From Solirubrobacteraceae bacterium (GTDB lineage Bacteria; Actinomycetota; Thermoleophilia; Solirubrobacterales; Solirubrobacteraceae), in contig JAXDHQ010000015.1 of NCBI GenBank assembly GCA_034664395.1, forward strand, positions 705 through 64,704: 64,000 nt of DNA. Direction: 5' to 3'. Positions 1-8,232 of the stretch are shown here, piece by piece. Both the position numbers and the translations under genes were made by a program. The notes under the pieces are model-generated. The model did not search any database and was not told the origin of the DNA. It saw only the letters and a list, made by a program, of their open reading frames with translations. Every line of letters starts with the position of its first letter. Positions within the stretch are counted from its first letter, which is position 1.

Positions 1-466
1 GGCCGAGGTGGCCGACACCGTCGCGGTGATCGTGCAGCCCGGCGCGGGCGACGTGCTGCAGTTCCTCAAGGCGGGCATCATGGAGATCCCCGACGTGCTC
101 GTGGTCACCAAGGCCGACCTGGGCGACGTCGCGCTGCGGGCGCGGCGCGACCTCAACGCGGCGCTGCGCTCGCTCGGGTCGCGCTCGACGGCGGTGGTGA
201 CGGTGTCGTCGATCGCGCCGGTGGCGGGCATCGACGCGCTGATGGCGGCGCTCGACGAGCACCGCGCGGGGCTGGACGTGGGCGCGCGGCGGCTGGCGGC
301 ACGGCGGGCGAGCGCGCTGGCGGACTTCGCCGCCGAGCACGGCGAGCGCGGCCTGCGCGCGCTGGGCGGCCGGCGGGCGGCCGAGCGGACGCTGGGCGCG
401 GTGGACCCGGGCGCCGACGTCCCGGCGCTGGTGGCGGCCCTCGAGGCGGAGGCGTCGCGGACGTGA
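1..466 (+). CDS. meaB: MeaB/ArgK-family G-protein (methylmalonyl-CoA mutase accessory GTPase), C-terminal part; 5' end lies outside the window
   Basis: The frame of ORF 8..466 stays open to the window edge. The translation has ...PDVLVVTKADLG... (NKxD-type G4 box) followed by the Ala/Arg-rich C-terminal helix typical of ArgK/MeaB. Stop TGA 464-466. Confidence 0.75.
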   Translation, partial: AEVADTVAVIVQPGAGDVLQFLKAGIMEIPDVLVVTKADLGDVALRARRDLNAALRSLGSRSTAVVTVSSIAPVAGIDALMAALDEHRAGLDVGARRLAARRASALADFAAEHGERGLRALGGRRAAERTLGAVDPGADVPALVAALEAEASRT

Positions 467-621
467 GGCGCGGGATCGACCTCCTGCTGCTGCTGGCCGC
501 GTTCGCCTCGGCGACCGCGGTGGCGGAGCTGCTCGGCGCTCGGGACCTCGGGACGGCGCTGACGTTCGGGCAGCTCGCGTTCGCGGCGGCGCTGGTGTGG
601 GTGCTGCTGCGGCGTCGGTAG
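463..621 (+). CDS. Small hydrophobic protein (52 aa, two predicted TM helices), hypothetical
   Basis: Read by hand; it is below the ORF-track length cutoff. GTG 463 overlaps the meaB stop (GTGA). Translation: VRRGIDLLLLLAAFASATAVAELLGARDLGTALTFGQLAFAAALVWVLLRRR, stop TAG 619-621. Almost every third codon position is G/C, as in the real genes here. Confidence 0.4.
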   Translation: MRRGIDLLLLLAAFASATAVAELLGARDLGTALTFGQLAFAAALVWVLLRRR

Positions 622-671
622 GTTCGCGCGGCCCCGCAGGCCGGCTCGACGTGCAGGGTAGGCTTGACGCA

Positions 672-1661
672 ATGGCCATCGATCCTCTCGTCGACGGACA
701 CGGCCGGCGGATCGCGGATCTGCGGGTCTCGGTCACCGACCGGTGCAACTTCCGCTGCCAGTACTGCATGCCGGCCGAGGGGCTGCCGTGGCTCGAGCGC
801 GAGGCGGTCCTGCACTTCGAGGAGATCGAGCGCCTGGTGACCGTCATGGCGCGCATGGGCGTCACCGACCTGCGCCTCACCGGCGGCGAGCCGCTCGTGC
901 GCCGGGACTTCCCCAAGCTCGTCTCGATGCTGTCGCCGCTGGTCGACGACCTCAGCGTCACCACCAACGGCTTCCTGCTCGAACGCGACGCCGAGGCGCT
1001 CGTGCGTGCCGGCGTCACGCGCTTCAACGTCTCGATCGACTCGCTCCAGCGCGACCGCTTCTTCGAGATGACGCGCCGCGACGCGCTCCCGCGGGTGCTG
1101 CGCGGCATCGAGGTCCTCGCCGGCTTTCCCGAGGCGCACCCGATCAAGATCAACGCGGTGGCGATGCGCGGCTTCACCGAGGACGAGGTCCTCCCGTTCG
1201 CGCGCTTCGCTCGCACGCACCCCTACGAGGTGCGCTTCATCGAGTTCATGCCGCTCGACGCCGACCACGCGTGGACGCCGGACAGCGTCCTCAGCGGCGA
1301 CGAGATCCGCGCGATCATCGAGGAGCGCTACCCGCTCGAGGCCCAGCCCCGCGAGGCCCACAGCACGGCCCGCGTCTACCGCTTCGCCGACAGCCTTGGA
1401 TCGATCGGGTTCATCAACCCGGTCTCCGAGCCGTTCTGCGGCGACTGCAACCGCATCCGCCTGACCGCCGACGGCAAGCTGCGCACCTGCCTGTTCTCGC
1501 TCAACGAGACCGACCTGCGCGCGCCTCTGCGCGCCGGCGCGAGCGACGCCGACATCGAGCTGATCATCCGCGAGGCCGTGTGGCGCAAGGAGCTCAAGCA
1601 CCACGTCAACGAGCCTGGCTTCGTCCAGCCGATGCGGACGATGAGCGCGATCGGCGGCTAG
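672..1661 (+). CDS. moaA: GTP 3',8-cyclase MoaA (radical SAM, molybdenum cofactor biosynthesis)
   Basis: ORF 597..1661; I chose ATG 672 (MAIDPLVDGHGRRIADLRVSVTDRCNFRCQYCMP). Radical-SAM CxxxCxxC motif, a second Cys cluster (CGDCNRIR) and the C-terminal ...AIGG double glycine of MoaA. Confidence 0.93.
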   Translation: MAIDPLVDGHGRRIADLRVSVTDRCNFRCQYCMPAEGLPWLEREAVLHFEEIERLVTVMARMGVTDLRLTGGEPLVRRDFPKLVSMLSPLVDDLSVTTNGFLLERDAEALVRAGVTRFNVSIDSLQRDRFFEMTRRDALPRVLRGIEVLAGFPEAHPIKINAVAMRGFTEDEVLPFARFARTHPYEVRFIEFMPLDADHAWTPDSVLSGDEIRAIIEERYPLEAQPREAHSTARVYRFADSLGSIGFINPVSEPFCGDCNRIRLTADGKLRTCLFSLNETDLRAPLRAGASDADIELIIREAVWRKELKHHVNEPGFVQPMRTMSAIGG

Positions 1662-2260
1662 ACCGGACGGCTCGGCGCGGGACGCCCGGCGAGCAGCGCC
1701 GAGGCGTGCAGCAGGTCCTCGGGCCGGTTGACGTTCAGGAACGGGTCGTCCTCGGGCCAGTCGAGGATCCGCGGGTGCAGCGCCTCGACCGCCTCGGTCA
1801 CGGACATGCTGGGATCGAAGCCGGCGAGCGCCGCCAGCGCCGCCGGCTCGTAGCGGGCGCACAGCGGCTGCAGCCGGCCCGCCGCGAACGGCACCACCGC
1901 CGCCGCGCCGCGGGGGCGCTCGCGCGCGAGGGCCTCCAGCAGCTCGCGCGTCAGCAGCGGCATGTCGCCGGCGACGACGATCACCGGGCCCGGCTCGGCG
2001 CCGCGCAGCGCCCGCACGACGCCGGTCAGCGGGTGCCGGGGCTCGTCGTCCTCGAGCCAGATGGGGACGTCGTCCTCCAGGTGCGGCAGCGCCGTGGCGC
2101 GCTTGGCCACGACCGCGGTCTGGCCCAGGGCCGCGCGCACCGCGGCCACCGGGTACTGCAGCAGCGGCCGGCCGTCGAGCTCGACGGTGGCCTTGTCGCC
2201 ACCGATCCGCCGGCCCTCCCCGCCGGCCAGCACCGCCCCGATCGTCCGGCGACCGACCAC
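1658..2260 (-). CDS. mobA: Molybdenum cofactor guanylyltransferase MobA
   Basis: ORF 1658..2260 (GTG start). N-terminus GAVLAGGEGRRIGGDKA and ...VAGDMPL... of MobA-like NTP transferases. Convergent 4-nt overlap with moaA. Confidence 0.85.
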   Translation of the reverse strand: MVGRRTIGAVLAGGEGRRIGGDKATVELDGRPLLQYPVAAVRAALGQTAVVAKRATALPHLEDDVPIWLEDDEPRHPLTGVVRALRGAEPGPVIVVAGDMPLLTRELLEALARERPRGAAAVVPFAAGRLQPLCARYEPAALAALAGFDPSMSVTEAVEALHPRILDWPEDDPFLNVNRPEDLLHASALLAGRPAPSRPV

Positions 2261-2336
2261 GCGCTCAGATCACCCGCGATCCGAGCCGCTCGACGTCAGC
2301 CGCGTGCACGACGCTCTCGGCCATCACGCGCAGCCT

Positions 2337-2912
2337 ATGCTGTGCGGGATGGAGTCCGTGGAAACCAAGGCCTGGTTGCGCTGCTACCGCTGCTGGTCGA
2401 CCGACCTGGAGGTCCAGGTCCACTACGAGGGCATCCACAAGATCGACCCCGAGAGCGGCGAGCGCGGCGAGGTCGTCGACGAGCTCCAGGAGGCCGTCGT
2501 GCAGTGCCTGGACTGCATGCACGACCAGCCCCACCTGGGCTTCCGCGACGGCCGCGTGGAGCCGATCGAGGACCGCTGGGAGCGCATGATCGCCGGCACC
2601 CCGTGGGTCGCCTCCTGCACGGTGACCGTCGACGCCGACGAGGTCGAGACGTGCTCGGGCCCCGAGGCGGGCGATGCGCTCAGCTACGCGGCGTTCGGCG
2701 ACCACGGCACCCGCGAGTTCTTCACCCACGTGCGCTTCCACAAGCACGACGACGACGCGACGATCACCGTCCACCTGCTGGTCGAGCTCTACGCCCGCTC
2801 GATGGAAGAGGCGTCCGACGTGCTCGAGGAGGCCGCGCGCGGGCGCCTGGCCCTGACCTCGCTCGCCGAGGAGTCGCGGCCCCCCGCCGCCACCGGCGAG
2901 GACCCGCACTAG
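2337..2912 (+). CDS. Hypothetical protein with N-terminal CxxC...CxxC (zinc-ribbon-like) motif
   Basis: Only the part of ORF 1962..2912 downstream of mobA is plausible. I chose ATG 2337 (alternatives GTG 2304, ATG 2349). The composition is acidic and not Arg/Ala-biased (..ETKAWLRCYRCWSTDLEVQVHYEGIHKIDPESGE..VVQCLDCMHDQ..). I recognise no family. Confidence 0.55.
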   Translation: MLCGMESVETKAWLRCYRCWSTDLEVQVHYEGIHKIDPESGERGEVVDELQEAVVQCLDCMHDQPHLGFRDGRVEPIEDRWERMIAGTPWVASCTVTVDADEVETCSGPEAGDALSYAAFGDHGTREFFTHVRFHKHDDDATITVHLLVELYARSMEEASDVLEEAARGRLALTSLAEESRPPAATGEDPH

Positions 2913-5900
2913 CCCGCCAGCGTCCGGAGCTGGCGGACCATCAGGGTCAGCCCGGCCAGGTCGGCGCCGCCCTCCACCGCCAGCGTCCGCGCCAAACTCT
3001 CCAGCCGCCGGATCGCCTCGCCGTGCGCCTCGACGAACCGGTCAACGGCCTCCTCCACGGGCACGTCCGGCGCGTCCTGGAGCGCGCGCTGGGCCAGGTC
3101 GCGGCGCGCGCGCCACAGGTCGTCGCGCAGCGCCTGCAGCGCCCACCGCTGGGTGCGCGTGCTCACCGGCAGCTCGCTGAGGTGCTGCTCGACCCAGGCG
3201 AGCGCGACGCGCTCCTCCAGCAGCGAGAAGGCGCGGCCGACGTCCTCGACCGAGCGCCCGACCGCCTGGGCGGCGGCGATGACGTCGGGCGCGTGGGCGA
3301 GCGCCGCCAGGTAGGCGTGCGATCGCGCGATCGCCTCGGGCACGCCGCGCTCGACCAGCGCCGCCGCGTCGCGCTCGCGCCGCTCGCGCGCCGCGTCGGT
3401 GCCGAGCTCGGGCAGGACGGTGGCCAGCCGCCCGGCGCCCTCGCGCGCGGTCGCGATCGCGGTGCCGAGGTCGGCGCCGGGCGCGTTGGCCAGGTACCAG
3501 CGCGCGGTCGCCTCGACGAGGTCGTCGACGCCGGCCATGAGCGTCCACTGCGCCTCGCGGTCGACGCGGCCCTGCAGCCCCTCGATCGCCGCCCAGCGCT
3601 CGTGCGCGCCGATGGCGTCGCGGGCCACGCGGTACGCGCGCACCACGTCGGCCGGCTCGACGCCGTGCTCGGCCACCAGCCGCGACACGAACGTCGGGCC
3701 CAGCGCGTCGACGACGTGGTTGGCCACGATCGTCGCCACCAGCTCGCGGCGCAGCGGGTGCTCGGCCAGCAGGTCGCCGAAGCGCTCGACCACCGGCGGC
3801 GGGAAGTAGTCGCGCAGGTCGCGGTCGAGGTAGGGGTCGTCGGGCACCGACGATCGCAGCAGCGCGCCGATGAGGCTGCGCTTGGCGTAGGCGAGCAGCA
3901 CGGCCAGCTCCGGACGCTCGAGCCCGCGCCCGGCGCGCCGGCGCTCGGCCATCTCCTCGGTCGAGGGCAGGAACTCGTTCTCGCGCCGCAGCAGCCCCTC
4001 GGCCTCGAGCGCGCTCATGAGGTCCTCGTAGGCGAACATGCGCGCGGCCGACCCCGGCACCTCCTGGGCGAGGATCTGGGCCTGCAGGAACGAGTCGTAG
4101 AGCACGTGCGCGGCGACGTCGTCGGTCACGTCGGCCAGCAGCGTGTCGCGCTCGTCGCCGGTGAGCTCGCCGCGGCGCACCGCGAGGTCGAGCAGGACCT
4201 TGAGGTTCACCTCGTGGTCGGAGCAGTCGACGCCGGCCGAGTTGTCGATGAAGTCGGCGTTGATCAGGCCGCCTTCGCGGGCGAGCTCGATCCGCGCGCG
4301 CTGGGTGAAGCCGAGGTTGCCGCCCTCGGCGACCACGCGGCAATGAAGGTCGGACGCGTCGACGCGGATGGCGTCGCTCGAGCGGTCCAGCGCGTCGGCG
4401 TCGGTCTCGGTCGACGCCTTGACGACGGTGCCGATGCCGCCGTTCCAGAGCACGTCGACCGGCGCGCGCAGGATCGCGCGGATGACGTCGGTCGGCGCCA
4501 GGACCTCGTCCTCGATCCCCAGCGCCGCGCGCGCCTGCTCGGAGAGCTCGATGCGCTTGGCGCTGCGCGGCCAGACGCCGCCGCCGGCCGAGATCGCGTC
4601 GCGGTCGTAGTCGTCCCACGACGAGGCGGGGAGCTCGAACAGCCGCCGGCGCTCGGCGAAGCTCCGCGCCGCGTCGGGATCGGGGTCGATGAAGATGTGG
4701 CGGTGGTCGTAGGCGGCGACCAGGCGGATGCGGTCGCTGAGCAGCATCCCGTTGCCGAACACGTCGCCGGACATGTCGCCGATGCCCACCGCGGTGAACT
4801 CGTCCACGGCCGGGTCGAGGTCGAGCTCGCGGAAGTGGCGCTTGAGCGACTCCCACGCGCCGCGCGCGGTGATGCCCAGCGCCTTGTGGTCGTAGCCCTT
4901 CGAGCCGCCCGAGGCGAACGCGTCGCCGAGCCAGAAGCCGTACCGCGCGGCGATCCGGTTGGCGGCGTCGGAGAACGTTGCCGTCCCCTTGTCGGCCGCG
5001 ACGACGAGGTAGGTGTCGTCGTCGTCGAGCACGCGCACGCCCTCGGGGTGGACGACCTCGCCGTCGACGAGGTTGTCGGTGACGTCGAGCAGCCCGCTGA
5101 TGTAGGTGACGTACCCGCGCTCGACCTCGGCCTTCAGCCTCGCCGGGTCCTCGGGCCGGCGGCGCAGGTAGAAGCCGCCCTTGGCGCCCTCGGGGACGAT
5201 GACCGCGTTCTTCGTCATCTGCGCGCGCATGAGGCCGAAGACCTCGGTGCGGTAGTCCATGCGATCCGACCAGCGGATGCCGCCGCGCGCGATCCGCCCG
5301 CCGCGCAGGTGGATCCCCTCGACCTCGGGCGCGTAGACGTAGATCTCGAACAGCGGCGGCGGCTGCGGGATCGCCGGTACCTCGGCCGAGCGCAGCTTGA
5401 AGGCGATCGAGCGGCGGCCGCGGCGGTAGAGGTTCGTGCGGACGGTCGCGTCGATCATCCCGAGCTGGTTGCGCAGGATGCGGTCGTGGTCGAGCGACGG
5501 CACGGCCTCGAGGTCGACGAGGATGTCCTCGCGCAGCGCCGCCTCGGCCTCCTCGTCGTGCGCCACCGACGGGTCGAAGCGCAGCTCGAACAGCCGGATG
5601 AGCTTGGCCGTGATGTGCGGGTTGGCCGCGATTACGTCGTTCTGGTAGCCCTCGGTGAAGCGCGAGCCGATGCGCTGACGGTAGGAGCGGTAGGCGCGCA
5701 GGATCGCCACGCGCCGCCAGTCCAGGCCGCCGCTGACGACCAGGCGGTTCAGCGAGTCCGACTCGGCCTCGCCGCGCCAGACGGCGGCGATGCACTCCGC
5801 CACGCGCTCGCCGCACTCGTCGAGGTCGAGCGGCAGGTCGGTCGGCCCCAGCACGCCGAAGTCCTGCAGCCACGTCTCGCCGTCGCCGCCGAGCAGGCGC

Positions 5901-7690
5901 GTCGGGCGCTCCTCGACCACCCGCAGCCCCAGGTGCTCGAGCAGCGGCATCGCCTGCGACAGCTCGACCTTGCCGCCGATCCGGTAGAGCCCGATGCGCG
6001 TCAGCCCGCCGGGCTCGTTGCGCAGGCCGACGCGGAACGGCTCGCCCGAGGTGAACAGCCGCTCGAAGCACTCGACGTCGGCCGCGGCCGCCGCCGGCTC
6101 GACCGCCGCCTTGTAGGACTCGGGCAGTCGCCGGCACCAGCGCTTGGCCAGGACCCGGCCGCGCTCCTCCCCGTGCCGCGCGACGAGCGCCTCGCGGGCC
6201 CGGTCGTCCCAGGTTCGGGCCAGGTCGAGGACCTCGGCCTCCAGGGCGCGGAAGGCGACGTCGGGCAGGCCCCCCTCGGGCCGGTGCACGGTGAAGTGCA
6301 CGCGGACGTGGTCCTCCTCCCCCAGCACCTCGTGGGCCGCGACCGAGCGCGCGTCGAAGCGGGCGGCCAGCAGTGCGCGCAGGCGCTCGAGCAGCGCGGC
6401 GTCGTAGCGCGCCTTGGGCAGGGCGAGGATGATCGACGCCGAGCGCCCGTCGGCGTCGCGGCGGCCCAGCAGCCGGCCCTGCTCGGCCGGCAGCCCCAGC
6501 AGCGCCACGACCGCGCGGCGCAGGTCCTCGACCGGCGCCACGAACAGCTCGTCCTTGGGGAACGAGTCGAAGAGCGAGACCGCCGCCTTGTAGTCGTGCG
6601 AGCCCTCGATCAGGTCCTCCGCCGCCACGATCTGCCGCAGCTTGCGATGCAGGACCGGCGTCGCCGACGCCGGCTCGGCGTAGGCCTTGGTCGTGAACAG
6701 GCCGATCATCCGCGACTCGCCGACGACGCGGCCGTCCGCGTCCACGCGGCGGATGCCGACGTAGTCCATCCGCGCGCGACGGTGCACGGGCGACAGGCGG
6801 TTCGTCCGCGAGATCAGCAGCAGGTCGCCGACCTGCACGCGCTTGCGCAGTCCGGCCTCGAGCTCGGCCAGCGCGACCGGCTTGGCGTAGGCCGAGCGGC
6901 CCTCCTCCGAGAGCAGCCCCAGCCCCGAGCCCGCCACGACCCCCAGCGCGTCGTCGCGCAGGTCGTACTGGCGGGCGCCGAGGAGGATGAAGTTGTCGGC
7001 GCGCAGCCAGTCCAGGAAGGCGACGACCTCCTCGATCTCGTCCTCGTCGTAGCGCTCGGCCGCGGCGCGGGCGACGTCGGCCATGGCGTCGATGCGCGCG
7101 CGCATGGCGTCGAAGTCGCGCACGACGCGGCGCACGTCGGCGAGCACCGCGCGCACCGCGTCCTCGAGGTCGGCGAGCTCCTCGGGCGACAGCCTCCGGT
7201 CGAGCTCGAAGTGCATGACCGACTCGGTCGCGGTCGCGCCGCCGGGGTGCAGCACCCGGGCGATGCCGCCGTCGGGGCCGCGCTCGGTGCCGACGATCGG
7301 GTGCAGCACGCGGACGATGCCCAGGCCGCGGGCCTGCAGCTCGGCGGTGACGGAGTCGACGAGGAACGGCAGGTCCGCGGTGTTGGTCTCCAGCACCGAG
7401 CCGGCGGTGCGATAGCCGTGCTCGGCCGCGGTCGGGTTGATCGCCCGCACCGCCATCGGCGCCCCGTCGCGCGACGCGGCGAGCTCGAAGGCGCCCAGCA
7501 GCTCGTGGAAGAGCGCCTCGGCGTCGGGCGCGGCGTCGCCGTCGTCGGCGGTCCCGGCTGAGCGCCGGCGCAGGTAGGCGCGGGCAAACTCCAGCACGGC
7601 CTCGGCCCGCTCCGGCGGCAGCCGCTCTGAGACGAGCTGCTCGACGTCCGTCACGCAGCCATCATGGCGCTCCCGGGGGGCGGTTGTCAT
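2909..7690 (-). CDS. gdh: NAD-specific glutamate dehydrogenase, large (~180 kDa, Bac_GDH) class
   Basis: ORF 2909..7990. ATG 7690 gives 1593 aa (alternative GTG 36 nt downstream). Catalytic-core motifs ..RGGIRWSDR.., ..PEGAKGGFY.., ..GIGDMSGDVFGNGML.. are embedded in long N- and C-terminal extensions, as in the large bacterial NAD-GDH family. Confidence 0.92.
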   Translation of the reverse strand: MTTAPRERHDGCVTDVEQLVSERLPPERAEAVLEFARAYLRRRSAGTADDGDAAPDAEALFHELLGAFELAASRDGAPMAVRAINPTAAEHGYRTAGSVLETNTADLPFLVDSVTAELQARGLGIVRVLHPIVGTERGPDGGIARVLHPGGATATESVMHFELDRRLSPEELADLEDAVRAVLADVRRVVRDFDAMRARIDAMADVARAAAERYDEDEIEEVVAFLDWLRADNFILLGARQYDLRDDALGVVAGSGLGLLSEEGRSAYAKPVALAELEAGLRKRVQVGDLLLISRTNRLSPVHRRARMDYVGIRRVDADGRVVGESRMIGLFTTKAYAEPASATPVLHRKLRQIVAAEDLIEGSHDYKAAVSLFDSFPKDELFVAPVEDLRRAVVALLGLPAEQGRLLGRRDADGRSASIILALPKARYDAALLERLRALLAARFDARSVAAHEVLGEEDHVRVHFTVHRPEGGLPDVAFRALEAEVLDLARTWDDRAREALVARHGEERGRVLAKRWCRRLPESYKAAVEPAAAAADVECFERLFTSGEPFRVGLRNEPGGLTRIGLYRIGGKVELSQAMPLLEHLGLRVVEERPTRLLGGDGETWLQDFGVLGPTDLPLDLDECGERVAECIAAVWRGEAESDSLNRLVVSGGLDWRRVAILRAYRSYRQRIGSRFTEGYQNDVIAANPHITAKLIRLFELRFDPSVAHDEEAEAALREDILVDLEAVPSLDHDRILRNQLGMIDATVRTNLYRRGRRSIAFKLRSAEVPAIPQPPPLFEIYVYAPEVEGIHLRGGRIARGGIRWSDRMDYRTEVFGLMRAQMTKNAVIVPEGAKGGFYLRRRPEDPARLKAEVERGYVTYISGLLDVTDNLVDGEVVHPEGVRVLDDDDTYLVVAADKGTATFSDAANRIAARYGFWLGDAFASGGSKGYDHKALGITARGAWESLKRHFRELDLDPAVDEFTAVGIGDMSGDVFGNGMLLSDRIRLVAAYDHRHIFIDPDPDAARSFAERRRLFELPASSWDDYDRDAISAGGGVWPRSAKRIELSEQARAALGIEDEVLAPTDVIRAILRAPVDVLWNGGIGTVVKASTETDADALDRSSDAIRVDASDLHCRVVAEGGNLGFTQRARIELAREGGLINADFIDNSAGVDCSDHEVNLKVLLDLAVRRGELTGDERDTLLADVTDDVAAHVLYDSFLQAQILAQEVPGSAARMFAYEDLMSALEAEGLLRRENEFLPSTEEMAERRRAGRGLERPELAVLLAYAKRSLIGALLRSSVPDDPYLDRDLRDYFPPPVVERFGDLLAEHPLRRELVATIVANHVVDALGPTFVSRLVAEHGVEPADVVRAYRVARDAIGAHERWAAIEGLQGRVDREAQWTLMAGVDDLVEATARWYLANAPGADLGTAIATAREGAGRLATVLPELGTDAARERRERDAAALVERGVPEAIARSHAYLAALAHAPDVIAAAQAVGRSVEDVGRAFSLLEERVALAWVEQHLSELPVSTRTQRWALQALRDDLWRARRDLAQRALQDAPDVPVEEAVDRFVEAHGEAIRRLESLARTLAVEGGADLAGLTLMVRQLRTLAG

Positions 7691-7691
7691 C

Positions 7692-8212
7692 CGAGTTGGG
7701 GTTTGTCGGGCCGTCTGCAACGTGGCGTGCCGGCGGCGGGCGTGGCGGCGCCGTGCGCGGGCGGCCCCGGGGCGGCCTGCCGCGAGCGCTCGGCGGAACC
7801 GCGCGGCCAGGGCAATGAGGGGTGAGCGCCTGCGCACTCTCCCGACGTTCGTGGCGTGCGCCTTCGCGGGTGGCGCCCGCGTCGCGGTGATGGGTCGAGA
7901 AAGCGACGGAGGATGTCGCAAGATCTCCCCAGCGGCCCGGGACCGCCCGCATCGGGCGTCACGCGTCGCAGTCCTGCCGCGATGTCGCAACAGACCGCGC
8001 GAGCGCCGATGCAGTTCCAGGCACCCCGTGGGGGGTGTGCGCTCTTTTGCCCCCTAGAACGAGGGTTAGAGCGCACACCCCCCACCCCCAGGCGCCAAGA
8101 GCGACGGCGGAGCCGCGAAACGTCACGAAACGCCGCGAGATCGCTTCCCCTCGGTGCCCTGTCCGCCACGAACGCGCGCGGCGAGAGCGCCCACGGTGCG
8201 AGTTGGAGGACG
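7692..8212 (+). repeat. Dispersed intergenic multi-block repeat, copy A (boundaries approximate)
   Basis: Colinear sequence blocks are shared with 40960-41370 and 47751-48122. The 62-nt core 8121-8182 differs at one position from 47957-48018. No credible ORF. Confidence 0.8.
8030..8083. repeat. 16-bp perfect inverted repeat (hairpin) inside repeat copy A
   Basis: GGGGGGTGTGCGCTCT (8030-8045) pairs with AGAGCGCACACCCCCC (8068-8083) around a 22-nt loop. The loop contains a small CCCT/AGGG stem. The T-run CTCTTTTG directly follows the 5' arm. Confidence 0.85.
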
Positions 8213-8232
8213 GCGACGTATCATGCAACCCC

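Noticed and set aside
467-671. A possible Moco riboswitch in the 200 nt upstream of moaA.
   Set aside because: Most of the region reads as a coding sequence (GTG 463 to TAG 621) with G/C at almost every third position and two hydrophobic helices. The remaining 50 nt are too short for a Moco aptamer, and I could not see its conserved elements.
743-7561. Very long ORFs in the track, for example 743..7561 (+, 2272 aa), 43186..46746 (+), 29629..32316 (-), 8614..10932 (-) and 3042..6137 (-).
   Set aside because: Their translations are monotonous Arg/Ala/Pro/Gly strings with no recognisable motifs. They lie antisense or out of frame to genes with clear family signatures. Long stop-free shadow frames are expected in DNA this GC-rich.
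7687-8169. Minus-strand ORFs 7687..8169 and 47676..48005 both begin MADRAPRGSDLAAFRD. Could they be a conserved small protein encoded by the repeat?
   Set aside because: The shared peptide is just the translation of the near-identical 62-nt core. Downstream the two translations diverge completely. The third copy (41283-41335) has a 2-nt deletion in the core that destroys the frame. The composition is Arg/Pro-rich like other shadow ORFs.
7692-8206. The 8-mer CGAGTTGG occurs at both edges of repeat copy A (7692-7699 and 8199-8206). Could it be a target-site duplication of a MITE?
   Set aside because: A related GAGGTTGG sits at the left edge of copy C, and a related ..GACGAAGGACG.. tail sits at its right edge. 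The motif therefore appears to be part of the element rather than duplicated target DNA. Copy B shows no matching flanks. This stays unresolved without more copies.
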